A program made the translations under genes and the position numbers. Below are positions 47,655 to 56,374 of a stretch of DNA of 64,000 bases, in pieces. The notes beneath the pieces are model-generated. The model saw only the letters and a list, made by a program, of their open reading frames with translations. It made no database searches and was not told the DNA's origin. This stretch comes from an uncultured virus (IMG/VR IMGVR_UViG_3300027416_000239) (taxonomy: Duplodnaviria > Heunggongvirae > Uroviricota > Caudoviricetes), in IMG/VR virus record IMGVR_UViG_3300027416_000239, one strand, 5' to 3'. Numbering within the stretch: the stretch's first letter is position 1; each line of letters starts with the position of its first letter.

Positions 47655-48173
47655 TTACTTTATGTATTTTAAAATTTGATCTACTCGCTGCAATGGTGAG
47701 CCAGTAACAGTTAAATAATGACGGTCAGTTAAATCGAGTTGATACTTAAACTCTTCATCAATAATCTTTCTCCAAGCTTCATCTACACTGCGCTGACCAT
47801 CATCCACAGCATCGAATTCAATAGGGAAATAAATATAGTGCGTATACTCATCCTGCACTCTAGTCCAAGTATCTTCAATAAAGTCTAAGCCTTGAGAAGA
47901 TAAAGCAGGCATATGCTTAGAGTATACAACTAAGTCTAGATAACAACGATCTAGAATCAAACTATGAGGCTTAAGCAAAGCCTCTAAGTGAAAAGAAGAA
48001 ATAGCTAACTGAGTCTCAGTAGTACCTGCTTCGTTAATAGGAAAGCCAAACTTAGCTACCGTACGAGTACTTTCGTTAATAAACTCATACTTAGGTAGTT
48101 TAGCTTTCAATAACTCATACACAGTAGTCTTACCAGTACTACTAGCTCCTACTAATGCAATTCGTCTAACCAT
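47655..48173 (-). CDS. P-loop nucleotide kinase (AAA_28/dNMP-kinase-like)
   Basis: GASSTGKTT, LDRCYLD, DDGQR. Confidence 0.75.
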   Translation of the reverse strand: MVRRIALVGASSTGKTTVYELLKAKLPKYEFINESTRTVAKFGFPINEAGTTETQLAISSFHLEALLKPHSLILDRCYLDLVVYSKHMPALSSQGLDFIEDTWTRVQDEYTHYIYFPIEFDAVDDGQRSVDEAWRKIIDEEFKYQLDLTDRHYLTVTGSPLQRVDQILKYIK

Positions 48174-48712
48174 AGTTTATTATGTAAAAATTCTATCCAC
48201 ATCTCTACTGATGTGTCATGTAAGATACGAAAAATATCGTTCTTAGGCAACATCTTATGTATACTTTCTCGCTCCACTAGAACTTCTCCTTCATCTACTC
48301 CGGCAGTTACTTTGTGAATAACACAGCCAGCAGTCTTATAGTTACCTTCCCAGGCTCTATATTGAGGATCTTTTCCTTTTAGGTCTGGATATTTAGTAAT
48401 CAATCCTGGATGTCCGTTATAGATTTCATAGCGATTACAGATAGAAGCAGGCATTACTCTTAACCATCCGTGTAAAGTTACAACAGGGTTATCACTTATT
48501 GCACTCATCAGCCATACAAGCTCATGCTCCTCAGGTCTATTCTGAGTATACTTTAATAGGTCTGTAGGAATCTCAGGATGTATAGTACGTAAATGAGAAG
48601 GCCTGATATTAGTAATAATAAGGTCAGGCCAGCGACCTAACTGCTTACTAACCTGAACAATCTCAGATCCAGTCTGACTAAAGAATGCTATCCACGGACG
48701 AGTTGCTACCAT
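48152..48712 (-). CDS. PurN-like formyltransferase (candidate preQ1 formyltransferase, DpdN-like)
   Basis: FFSQTGS, LHGWLRV, NGHPG, GCVIHKV, VDEGEV. Confidence 0.8.
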   Translation of the reverse strand: MVATRPWIAFFSQTGSEIVQVSKQLGRWPDLIITNIRPSHLRTIHPEIPTDLLKYTQNRPEEHELVWLMSAISDNPVVTLHGWLRVMPASICNRYEIYNGHPGLITKYPDLKGKDPQYRAWEGNYKTAGCVIHKVTAGVDEGEVLVERESIHKMLPKNDIFRILHDTSVEMWIEFLHNKLWLDELH

Positions 48713-49505
48713 GTGCGAACCATCTAAAGCGTTGAACATTATAAACTGCTGAAGTAACCTGCTCAGAGGTAGGAGTCATATTAATCATCTCAAATAACTT
48801 GATTGATGCCTTATCCCACAACCCTTGATCTTTATACTCGATTCCCAACAAACCGTGTACTACTGGGTTAGAAGTATCTAGTGAGTAGATCCAATCGTAG
48901 TCTTTATAGAAAGCAAACTCTTGAGGAAGTCCACAGCCTAGTAGGTGGTGAGGGATATCTGGGTTGATTACTCCATCACGTAACATCTTACCTAAGAGCA
49001 CAACTCTGCCTAGCATCCAGCTAACATACTTGTTAGGGTGTGGTACGAGCTGTTCGTAATAACTGTAATCGAAAGAGATAGCCACCATATCTACCTTTGC
49101 TATATTAATCATGTAGTCATAGCAATTGATAAGCTCAGAGTAAGTCTTTCCCTGTAGTACTCCAATCTTTTTACTAGGTGCTGCTAGATGATCTGCATAC
49201 TTAAAGTTCCACTCAGCCATATTAGCACAAGTACGCTTTACATTCTCTAATGCATCAGGTACGATGTACCAGGTAGGCTTTAAATAATCAATCCAGAAAG
49301 CAAAGCGTTCTGAATCAAAAGCTTTTCCTAATTCAAAGATAGAGTTATCGAGAATAATCTCTCGTCCTTTATCTCGTGCTTCTACAAACTTATCTAAATA
49401 AGTTTCGTTCTCTTCAAAGAGATGTACTAAAGCGTAATCATAATCCGTATACTGCTGAATAGTGTCAAAGCTAGCAATAGGACTCTCGTGTGCAATCTTA
49501 ACCAT
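48678..49505 (-). CDS. TGT/DpdA-like TIM-barrel protein (candidate deazaguanine transglycosylase)
   Basis: ILDNS, VPD, VLQG, HHLLG and SLDTS resemble the TGT/DpdA DSG, PD, QG, HxLG and SxDS motifs; que-gene context. Confidence 0.65.
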   Translation of the reverse strand: MVKIAHESPIASFDTIQQYTDYDYALVHLFEENETYLDKFVEARDKGREIILDNSIFELGKAFDSERFAFWIDYLKPTWYIVPDALENVKRTCANMAEWNFKYADHLAAPSKKIGVLQGKTYSELINCYDYMINIAKVDMVAISFDYSYYEQLVPHPNKYVSWMLGRVVLLGKMLRDGVINPDIPHHLLGCGLPQEFAFYKDYDWIYSLDTSNPVVHGLLGIEYKDQGLWDKASIKLFEMINMTPTSEQVTSAVYNVQRFRWFAHGSNSSVDSIL

Positions 49506-49695
49506 TGGCGTTTCCTAAATCGTTAAATAACTTGTTTAATTCTAACATACTATCTTGAAGTTTACCTAAATTATCTTCAAGCTCTTTAGCGCTCTTGATC
49601 TGCAAGGCTTCCTCTACTACTTCTAAAGGTACAACCCAGCGTTGTAGGTCTTCTAAGAAGATACTATTTTGTTCTACCAGTTCTTTTGGACTCAT
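49498..49695 (-). CDS. Hypothetical protein
   Basis: 65-aa operonic ORF. Confidence 0.6.
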   Translation of the reverse strand: MSPKELVEQNSIFLEDLQRWVVPLEVVEEALQIKSAKELEDNLGKLQDSMLELNKLFNDLGNANG

Positions 49696-50198
49696 TGCTT
49701 AGCGTTTTCGATTTCTTCTGGAGTAAAGAACTGCTCAAGATTAGGAGCGAAGTAGTTAATAGATTTCATAACCTTATCGTCCGCTTTGCGATAAACAACA
49801 TAACGGTTTCCCACCTTACGGAAGTAACACTCGCCGTGCTGTTGAGAACGGAGAGCAATAGTCTCTTCTGCTTCTTCTACAGTCGCACAGCTCTTAGACA
49901 TATTCGATGCCTGTACCTCTCGGTAAGCTGGTACGATCTTATTCTTCAATCCAAACACCATGGTAGCATTTCCAATAGCTACGTAAAGTAGATCGCAGAT
50001 AGCATCTAGTACTTCTACAATATCTTTCTCTTCAATAGCGTGTGCTAGTTCGTCAGTCTCTTCTTTAATAAAATCTACTACGAAGTTAGTAAGTTTCTTA
50101 TCATTAGGAATAATAGGAGTGTAATTGTTCGGCTTACCGAACGTATCGTTGAAGATCTCTACTTCGTCGATAAATGGGACACTTTTTGCTCGTTTCAT
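49692..50198 (-). CDS. MazG-like/PRA-PH (all-alpha) NTP pyrophosphohydrolase
   Basis: EETDE...EVLDAICDLLYV...EVQASNMSK. Confidence 0.85.
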   Translation of the reverse strand: MKRAKSVPFIDEVEIFNDTFGKPNNYTPIIPNDKKLTNFVVDFIKEETDELAHAIEEKDIVEVLDAICDLLYVAIGNATMVFGLKNKIVPAYREVQASNMSKSCATVEEAEETIALRSQQHGECYFRKVGNRYVVYRKADDKVMKSINYFAPNLEQFFTPEEIENAKQ

Positions 50199-50905
50199 TT
50201 GCATGCGTAACCTTTAACAAATTCATAAAATTCTGCTCGTGCTGAGTCTTCGTACATAAAGCTACCTGATAGCTTAGAAGTCTTCATTGACGCACCAGCG
50301 TGTTTAGTACCGCGGCATGATACACAATTGTGAGTAGCTTCTACCATAACTGCTACACCTACATTACCTTCACAAACAGTATGAACTGCATTATGAATAG
50401 CAACAGTAAGCTGCTCTTGAATAGCACCTCTACGTCCGAAATGCTCTACAATACGATTGAGCTTAGATAGACCGATTACCTTACCTCCAGGACCTGGAAT
50501 GTAAGCAATATGAACTCGACCTTGAATAGTCTGGTGGTGATGCGAACACATCGAGGTCAAAGGAATATTACCCTCAAATACAATACCATCATAACCATCA
50601 GCAGGGAAGGCTGTGATCTCAGGCATAGGATTGAATCGTCCTGCCCATAAGTCGTTTACATAAGCCTTAGCTACTCGACGAGGAGTATCAGATGAGTTAG
50701 GGTCATCACGCCAGTCACATCCTAGAGCATCTAGGAATTCTCCGAATGCCTTTGCAGCATTCTCAATAATAGTATGCTTCTCTTGATCTGTTAAGTGCAT
50801 AGAGTTCATAGAATGAACTTTAAACTTCTCAGCCAGTTGAGAAGAGACACCATTAGCGAACCCGGCTTGAGCGAGTTCTACATCATAACGTTTTTTATCT
50901 GCCAT
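50195..50905 (-). CDS. folE: GTP cyclohydrolase I
   Basis: TPRRVAK, SMCSHH, GLSKLNR, QEQL, HNCVSCRG. Confidence 0.95.
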   Translation of the reverse strand: MADKKRYDVELAQAGFANGVSSQLAEKFKVHSMNSMHLTDQEKHTIIENAAKAFGEFLDALGCDWRDDPNSSDTPRRVAKAYVNDLWAGRFNPMPEITAFPADGYDGIVFEGNIPLTSMCSHHHQTIQGRVHIAYIPGPGGKVIGLSKLNRIVEHFGRRGAIQEQLTVAIHNAVHTVCEGNVGVAVMVEATHNCVSCRGTKHAGASMKTSKLSGSFMYEDSARAEFYEFVKGYACK

Positions 50906-50908
50906 ATA

Positions 50909-50940
50909 ATTTGTTTTTTTAGGTGGTGCTTCGACACCTC
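50909..50940 (-). ncRNA. Candidate preQ1-I riboswitch aptamer upstream of folE
   Basis: AGGUG-UCGAAGCAC-CACCU-AAAAAAAC; 5-bp P1, UCGnAG..AC loop, A-rich tail; lies between promoter and ATG. Confidence 0.65.
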
Positions 50941-50962
50941 TTATTAATATACGAAAACTATT

Positions 50963-51469
50963 TCAGAGTGCAAACACACTTCTGTAATTTCTTGCATAAC
51001 CTTTATCGTTATCCATTCCAAAGCCTACTACCCATTCATCCTTGATAGTGAATGCATGATAGGAAGGTACTGGGGGTATCCTAGAAGTTTCTCTAGTCAG
51101 TAGAGTAACAATATTAATCGAGGCTGGGTGTTTGACCTGAAGGTATTCAATCACAGCATCCATTGTATTACCCGAATCGTAAATGTCGTCTACGATATAG
51201 ACGTGCTTTCCTTTAACAGGCGTCTCTAAGTCTTTGGTGATCTGAATATCACCTTGTTTCTTTTTACTGACGTATGATCTTATTCTCATAAAATCACATT
51301 CTACGTCTACTGTAATGTTGCGTACTAGGTCTGCATAGAACATAAATGCTCCATTCAATAACCCTACCATAACGATTGGAGTTTTATCTCCATTGTGCTC
51401 TGCTGAGATCTTCTTAGCGATGATCTTAGTTTGGATATCAATATCCTTTGCGTCAATTAACTGTTGCAT
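50963..51469 (-). CDS. hpt: Hypoxanthine/guanine phosphoribosyltransferase
   Basis: LLNGAFMFYADL, SY, IVDDIYDSGNT, WVVGFGMD. Confidence 0.9.
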   Translation of the reverse strand: MQQLIDAKDIDIQTKIIAKKISAEHNGDKTPIVMVGLLNGAFMFYADLVRNITVDVECDFMRIRSYVSKKKQGDIQITKDLETPVKGKHVYIVDDIYDSGNTMDAVIEYLQVKHPASINIVTLLTRETSRIPPVPSYHAFTIKDEWVVGFGMDNDKGYARNYRSVFAL

Positions 51470-51845
51470 ACTTTAATCTAATTCTATCTGAGATTGGAAT
51501 TGGTTCATTATTTTCATCAATACGTACAAACTTAATCTTAGTGGAGAGTATTACCGACTGACTTCCTGAGTATACGTTATGTGCTCTAGCTTCAAGATAG
51601 AGAGTTAAAGACGTATTTCCAACTTCTGCTACCTTTCCATAAATTTTTAACAACTGACCTTCTTTGGCTGGTTTCTTAAAAAGACATTCGTCTATCTTGA
51701 TAGTAACCATTCTAGGAGTATCAGCTACCTCCATTGCCATAGCTGCTCCAGCAGCATCCAACCAGGCTAACAGCTTACCTCCAAAGAGGTTAGCATGAAA
51801 GCCGAGGTCAGATTTCTTAATAGGATGCGTACTAATTAATTGCAT
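51453..51845 (-). CDS. Hotdog-fold acyl-CoA thioesterase (YciA-like)
   Basis: NLFGGKLLAWLD, FKKP, VGNTS, FVRID. Confidence 0.85.
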   Translation of the reverse strand: MQLISTHPIKKSDLGFHANLFGGKLLAWLDAAGAAMAMEVADTPRMVTIKIDECLFKKPAKEGQLLKIYGKVAEVGNTSLTLYLEARAHNVYSGSQSVILSTKIKFVRIDENNEPIPISDRIRLKYATVN

Positions 51846-52455
51846 TTCTGCAAGGACATTTATAATCTGAGAGCTCTGATGTTACAGGTTTCTCGTTCTT
51901 AAAATAGTAACATTCTCGGCGATTTGCAACTTTTAGTTCCTTATAGTATCCGGAAGGGATAGCAGCACCGCCAGGTACTCTTTCAGGATTAGTTGAGAAT
52001 TCTACTCGGATAAAGACTTGTACTTCGTGTCCTAATGCTAATTCTCTTTCTCGAGTCTCTAGCTTCTTCCATACACCTCTATTGAGAGATTGGTGCTGCA
52101 AGGAAGAGTTAACGTATGTAAATGTCTCCAATAGCATTTCACGGGTACAGTTAAAGTCTGCGGCAGGAGCCATATGACCTTTGTCCCATTCGTTGGCTAC
52201 ATAGTCATCGTTATCGGAAGTATGAATTCCTTTTTCTTTGTGGAAGTCCATTCCTGATCTAGAAGCAGTACCTGTAGGACAAGCTACACCGTAACGTACT
52301 GATAAAGGATTCTCTAGAGGTTCTGAATACCAGATTCTAAAGTAAGGAGTGTTCCATTCAACGCTGTCTCTTAAAGATTTCTGACCAGAGGCTGTAAAGG
52401 AGTAAACCGAGAATGCCACCCATAACAAGAAAGTAAAGTGCTGCCATTTTTTCAT
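51832..52455 (-). CDS. Secreted DNA/RNA non-specific endonuclease
   Basis: Signal peptide; DKGHMAP, LNRGVWKKLE, IPSGYYK. Confidence 0.88.
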   Translation of the reverse strand: MKKWQHFTFLLWVAFSVYSFTASGQKSLRDSVEWNTPYFRIWYSEPLENPLSVRYGVACPTGTASRSGMDFHKEKGIHTSDNDDYVANEWDKGHMAPAADFNCTREMLLETFTYVNSSLQHQSLNRGVWKKLETRERELALGHEVQVFIRVEFSTNPERVPGGAAIPSGYYKELKVANRRECYYFKNEKPVTSELSDYKCPCRNAIN

Positions 52456-52457
52456 AA

Positions 52458-53105
52458 TTAATAGTTTAGTGATTTTGAGATTACTGGGAATTGTTCGATA
52501 AAGATCTTCTTGATCTCTTTTGCTACATCTTGAATCTCTTTCTGAGCATGAGCATCATCTCTGAGATCTAAGAAGTGGATCCATGAACGAATAGAACCGG
52601 TCATGTGAATCTTAGTTTTAGTAGATAGTGGCAATACCATTCGAGCTACTTCTCTTGCTACACCTTCATCAAGGAGTCGCTTATAAAGATCTTGGGAAGC
52701 TCTAAAGTGTTTACCGATCTGAGCTGAAGCTGCAGTACTGTATCCGGCATAGAATACGTCTGGGTTAAATACTTCAGTGGAGCTTTGTCTATTATCTTCA
52801 GCTTGTTTTCTTAGCTCTACACTCTCAAACATACCGTCAATTAAGCTTACATCCTGGTAACGTTGTGAGAACTCTTGGTAGGTAAAAGAGCGGTGACGAA
52901 TTAACTGAATACCAATAGCTTTAGAAGTCTCAATCTCTACAGACATATATCCGTGCTCGAATGGAGACCAATGCTTATGCTTGATAAGGTAGTGTAGTAG
53001 CCTTTCAGGCTTCTCTACCTTGTCGGTACGTTTAGAGGATACTCTAGCAATTTTTACAATTGCATTCTCCGCGTCCGGAGTTACATGATTTAGGGTTACT
53101 TTCAT
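52458..53105 (-). CDS. thyX: Flavin-dependent thymidylate synthase
   Basis: HWSPFEH, QLIRHRSFTYQEFSQRY, EVARMVLP, HAQKEI. Confidence 0.95.
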   Translation of the reverse strand: MKVTLNHVTPDAENAIVKIARVSSKRTDKVEKPERLLHYLIKHKHWSPFEHGYMSVEIETSKAIGIQLIRHRSFTYQEFSQRYQDVSLIDGMFESVELRKQAEDNRQSSTEVFNPDVFYAGYSTAASAQIGKHFRASQDLYKRLLDEGVAREVARMVLPLSTKTKIHMTGSIRSWIHFLDLRDDAHAQKEIQDVAKEIKKIFIEQFPVISKSLNY

Positions 53106-53287
53106 ATTTGTTGATATTCAATTTTTGGGATCTCTCTACAAAAATAGAGTAGACCGTCTTTACGGAAGGTATGTGTACAAGACCAGTACTGTTTAAGAAT
53201 TTCAACATCCCATTGACGATCCTCTCTAAGTACTCTCTGAACTTCATACCAGTCATCATTTAATGTTATTATATCTTTTCTTCTCAT
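53102..53287 (-). CDS. Hypothetical protein
   Basis: Operonic, 61 aa. Confidence 0.6.
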   Translation of the reverse strand: MRRKDIITLNDDWYEVQRVLREDRQWDVEILKQYWSCTHTFRKDGLLYFCREIPKIEYQQI

Positions 53288-53535
53288 TTATATTCTAATC
53301 CGAAATGCTTATAGTTAGCATGTACAGATGCTTGATCACCCATCCTAATAGCCCATTCTTCACTGTCCCAAATAGCTTCTACTGGGCAAGCTGGAATGCA
53401 AGCTCCGCAATCAATACATTCATCTGGGTTAATGAACATTTGCTGTAGGTCCTCGTATATACAGTCAACAGGACATACATCCATACATCCACTGTCTTTA
53501 ACATCTATACACTTAGAACCTATAATATAACTCAT
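53284..53535 (-). CDS. Ferredoxin (7Fe/2x[4Fe-4S] type)
   Basis: CIDVKDSGCMDVCPVDCI and CIDCGACIPACPVEAI. Confidence 0.92.
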   Translation of the reverse strand: MSYIIGSKCIDVKDSGCMDVCPVDCIYEDLQQMFINPDECIDCGACIPACPVEAIWDSEEWAIRMGDQASVHANYKHFGLEYK

Positions 53536-53894
53536 TTCCAGAGTACTTGAACACAGATTAATACTAGAGCTAGAAGGAGACTAATAGCAGTCTTAGTGGA
53601 TATCGGCTCTCCCATATAGTACCATACGCAGAAGGCATAAACTATCATTCCTGTACCGAATCCTATAAAACGAGCAGGCCATAGTAAACCGTCAAAGCCA
53701 GCGACTGCTGTTCTGGTAGCCCAGATAAAAATGAACGAAATAGGTATACCAAATAGAGCAACAGCCCATTCGTACTTTTTAAACCAGCTCCAGATAAACT
53801 GTCCGTTAAGCTGGTAGAAGGTTATTACTTGTCCTAGAAAGAACAGACTAGCTCCAAGAAGTATACTCTTTATATTCAAAACGTGTATTTTCAT
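53532..53894 (-). CDS. 4-TM small membrane protein (SMR/DMT-like)
   Basis: Four hydrophobic helices; GE motif before the last helix. Confidence 0.6.
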   Translation of the reverse strand: MKIHVLNIKSILLGASLFFLGQVITFYQLNGQFIWSWFKKYEWAVALFGIPISFIFIWATRTAVAGFDGLLWPARFIGFGTGMIVYAFCVWYYMGEPISTKTAISLLLALVLICVQVLWK

Positions 53895-54029
53895 TTGAGG
53901 CTACTAAGCCCTGTTTGGTTAATGCATCTAATTTATAGCCGTAGATACTTAGGGCTTTAATAACGTGTGCTGGTTCGATAGCGCTATTACTCCACATCAA
54001 CCATAAAGCTCCTAAGTATCCGTTTGGCA

Positions 54030-54806
54030 TTATACTTCTCTCTTAGTATCGTAGGCAATGATGTGATCACGTCCGGTCATATTGTAACCGTGCTCGGCAC
54101 ACATCTCAAATACGATTGGGTACATTTCAATTAAAGTCTCACGAGTATCACCTGCAGGCATAACAAAAGTCTTGTCTTTAGGAATATTCATCTCAACCCT
54201 AAATGCTTCAATCTCTACTAGATTCGCTGCGCTACCGTCCCATACCGGCTTAAAGTGGTAATCAGTATGATAGTCCAAAGTCTGACGGATAGCATCTTTG
54301 TTGATACGGAACTTGTTATGTTGCTTAATCATCTTCTCATCTGCAATAGCGCCTTGAGGTGTAACAGCTCCTACTACGGGTACGCTATTAGAGAACTTAG
54401 GAGATAGAGAGATAAGATCAAGAGGATAGTCCGTCTCAAGGAAGTGAGAACCTTCAGTCTCAATAGTAACAATAATACCTCTTTCTTTAGCAAAGTGAGT
54501 AATCTCATTTACTAAGGCTGGGTGCATTGTTGGGCTACCTCCTGTTAGCATCATCTCCTTTACGTGAGGATTCTCATCGTAAATCTTAATAATATCGTTA
54601 AATGAATAACCACCTTTCTCTGGATGGATAGAGGTATACCAGCTATCACACCAACCTCCTTCACCGAAGTAGCAGCGGTGAGTACATCCTGTAGTACGTA
54701 CAGCGATAGTAGGACGTCCAAAACGACTACCCTCTGATTGTACACATCGGTAAAGCTCTACAATCGGCAGTACCTTATTATAATCTTCAATTCTCTTAAG
54801 CGCCAT
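54030..54806 (-). CDS. queE: 7-carboxy-7-deazaguanine synthase (radical SAM)
   Basis: VQSEG, RTTGCTHRC...WCDS, LTGGSP, IETEG, SLSPK; start MALKR. Confidence 0.9.
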   Translation of the reverse strand: MALKRIEDYNKVLPIVELYRCVQSEGSRFGRPTIAVRTTGCTHRCYFGEGGWCDSWYTSIHPEKGGYSFNDIIKIYDENPHVKEMMLTGGSPTMHPALVNEITHFAKERGIIVTIETEGSHFLETDYPLDLISLSPKFSNSVPVVGAVTPQGAIADEKMIKQHNKFRINKDAIRQTLDYHTDYHFKPVWDGSAANLVEIEAFRVEMNIPKDKTFVMPAGDTRETLIEMYPIVFEMCAEHGYNMTGRDHIIAYDTKREV

Positions 54807-55254
54807 AGATTGCTGAGTTTTTGTGGTTCTCCATAAATTTAACTTTAATGACCTTAACTCGGCCGTCTGTCTCTGTCTGTACGAAGTCATTTAGCTTGTG
54901 GTAAAGAAATTCAGCAAATTTCTCTGCACCTACTGCCTCTACTACTCGTAACTGAATAACGCCTCTGTCGGCCATATCTCTGAAGTTATCTAGTTCAGGA
55001 TCGTCTTCTGCTACAACTACAGTATGATCGAACATATGCTCCATCCATTCTTTAGGTTGCATACCGTCGATCAGGTTCTTAGCTCGCTTCATACCTCCGA
55101 AGTCCCATACCCAGTTACGGTGATCGAGATCTCCTTCAAACGTTACTTCAAACTCTACATCATAGCCGTGTAGGTACTGACAGTGTGTAGTATTCGCTTT
55201 CCATTGACGGAAGCAAGTACTAAAGCCATCAAACTTCTTTCTTGACTTATACAT
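54796..55254 (-). CDS. queD: 6-carboxytetrahydropterin synthase
   Basis: HCQYLHGY, WDFG, FDH, AEKFA, E...NSA. Confidence 0.9.
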   Translation of the reverse strand: MYKSRKKFDGFSTCFRQWKANTTHCQYLHGYDVEFEVTFEGDLDHRNWVWDFGGMKRAKNLIDGMQPKEWMEHMFDHTVVVAEDDPELDNFRDMADRGVIQLRVVEAVGAEKFAEFLYHKLNDFVQTETDGRVKVIKVKFMENHKNSAIYGA

Positions 55255-55507
55255 TTGTAAAATTATTATATTGTTCAATATAGTGACTTAATGGCTTAGC
55301 GCCAACTGTACGAGCAAATTCTTTTCCAGAATCATCAATCAGTACTACAGTAGGTACACTGCGGACTGTGTATTCCATCGTTAGGAGCTCTTCCGTATCG
55401 ATGTTAATTTTTTCTACAGCAATTCCTTCTGCTGCTACTTTTTCCATTGTTGGACCTAACATTCTACAAGGACCGCACCAAGGTGCTGAGAAATACAAAT
55501 ACTTCAT
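55247..55507 (-). CDS. Thioredoxin
   Basis: WCGPC; VRSVPT. Confidence 0.92.
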   Translation of the reverse strand: MKYLYFSAPWCGPCRMLGPTMEKVAAEGIAVEKINIDTEELLTMEYTVRSVPTVVLIDDSGKEFARTVGAKPLSHYIEQYNNFTNV

Positions 55508-55710
55508 ACTAATTCTTCGATTATGCCGACTGCCTCACTCAAGACCAGTACCACCATTGCTGTTGGGATATCAACAATAAGCAGTGCGTAACCAAGAATA
55601 CGGACTCCGGATTTAATAAATGAGATAATTTGATGCCATTTCTGATCAGGCATCTTTTCAATGTTCTTACTTTTCGGAAGAACAGGCTCTACTAATAACT
55701 GTTTTTTCAT
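55504..55710 (-). CDS. Small membrane protein
   Basis: Hydrophobic C-terminal half. Confidence 0.6.
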   Translation of the reverse strand: MKKQLLVEPVLPKSKNIEKMPDQKWHQIISFIKSGVRILGYALLIVDIPTAMVVLVLSEAVGIIEELV

Positions 55711-56300
55711 TCTACTATAACTTTAATTGTATCGTTTACTATTATCTGAGTACCTAGATCGTAGTTATAACGCGTTCTTGTGAAGACATTAATCGTATCT
55801 CCCACCATCTCTTCAAACACCAGTACTTCACACCGGGGCTGGTATGTGTGCATAGCATTCACAAAGTTTGTACTTCCAAACGTATAACCTACTGCATTTA
55901 TAATGTAGTTAGGATTTGTAATATAGATTGTAGTATCTCCTGTTGAGATAGGGTAATTAAAGCTTGGGGAAGTATATTGGGAAGTAAATGGAGAGTACAG
56001 AGGTATTTGCATAGCAATGGTATCAAATACATACCAGGTATCGCTATCATATACTACTTGAAGTAGCGGTACTCCATTTATAACATATTGAGGATGTAGG
56101 GAATCTAACTGACCGATAACCTGGAAGTAATTTATACCTGAATATTGTAAATGCCAGTATCCGTCTTGATAATAAGTTCCAGGATGTTGAATAGTATCTA
56201 CTCTATGAATAGTAGTACATTCCTGACAAGGTTCAGGAACATAGGGCTCAATCGTTTCACAAGCCCAGAGCAGAGGTAATAATAGTAGTAACTTTTTCAT
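55707..56300 (-). CDS. Lipoprotein of unknown function
   Basis: MKKLLLLLPLLWAC lipobox. Confidence 0.7.
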   Translation of the reverse strand: MKKLLLLLPLLWACETIEPYVPEPCQECTTIHRVDTIQHPGTYYQDGYWHLQYSGINYFQVIGQLDSLHPQYVINGVPLLQVVYDSDTWYVFDTIAMQIPLYSPFTSQYTSPSFNYPISTGDTTIYITNPNYIINAVGYTFGSTNFVNAMHTYQPRCEVLVFEEMVGDTINVFTRTRYNYDLGTQIIVNDTIKVIVE

Positions 56301-56331
56301 CCGGTGTTTTTATAGTGGTGCTCCGACACTC
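56301..56331 (-). ncRNA. Candidate preQ1-I riboswitch aptamer heading the lipoprotein-trx-queD-queE unit
   Basis: AGUG-UCGGAGCAC-CACU-AUAAAAAC-ACCGG-AUG; the loop can pseudoknot with CCGG next to the start codon. Confidence 0.65.
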
Positions 56332-56347
56332 TTAATATAAGAATAAA

Positions 56348-56373
56348 TAGGGAGGGAGACAAGCTCCCCCCTA
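56348..56373 (-). terminator. Terminator hairpin after queC
   Basis: TAGGGGGGAG...CTCCCTCCCTA followed by TTTATT on the minus strand. Confidence 0.6.
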
Positions 56374-56374
56374 A

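Noticed and set aside
48152..48712. Annotation as true purN for purine synthesis
   Set aside because: No other pur genes are present, and it lies between the DpdA-like gene and queF, so a base-modifying role is more likely
50195..50905. folE as a folate-pathway auxiliary gene
   Set aside because: No folB, folK or folP in the window; queD, queE, queC and queF are present
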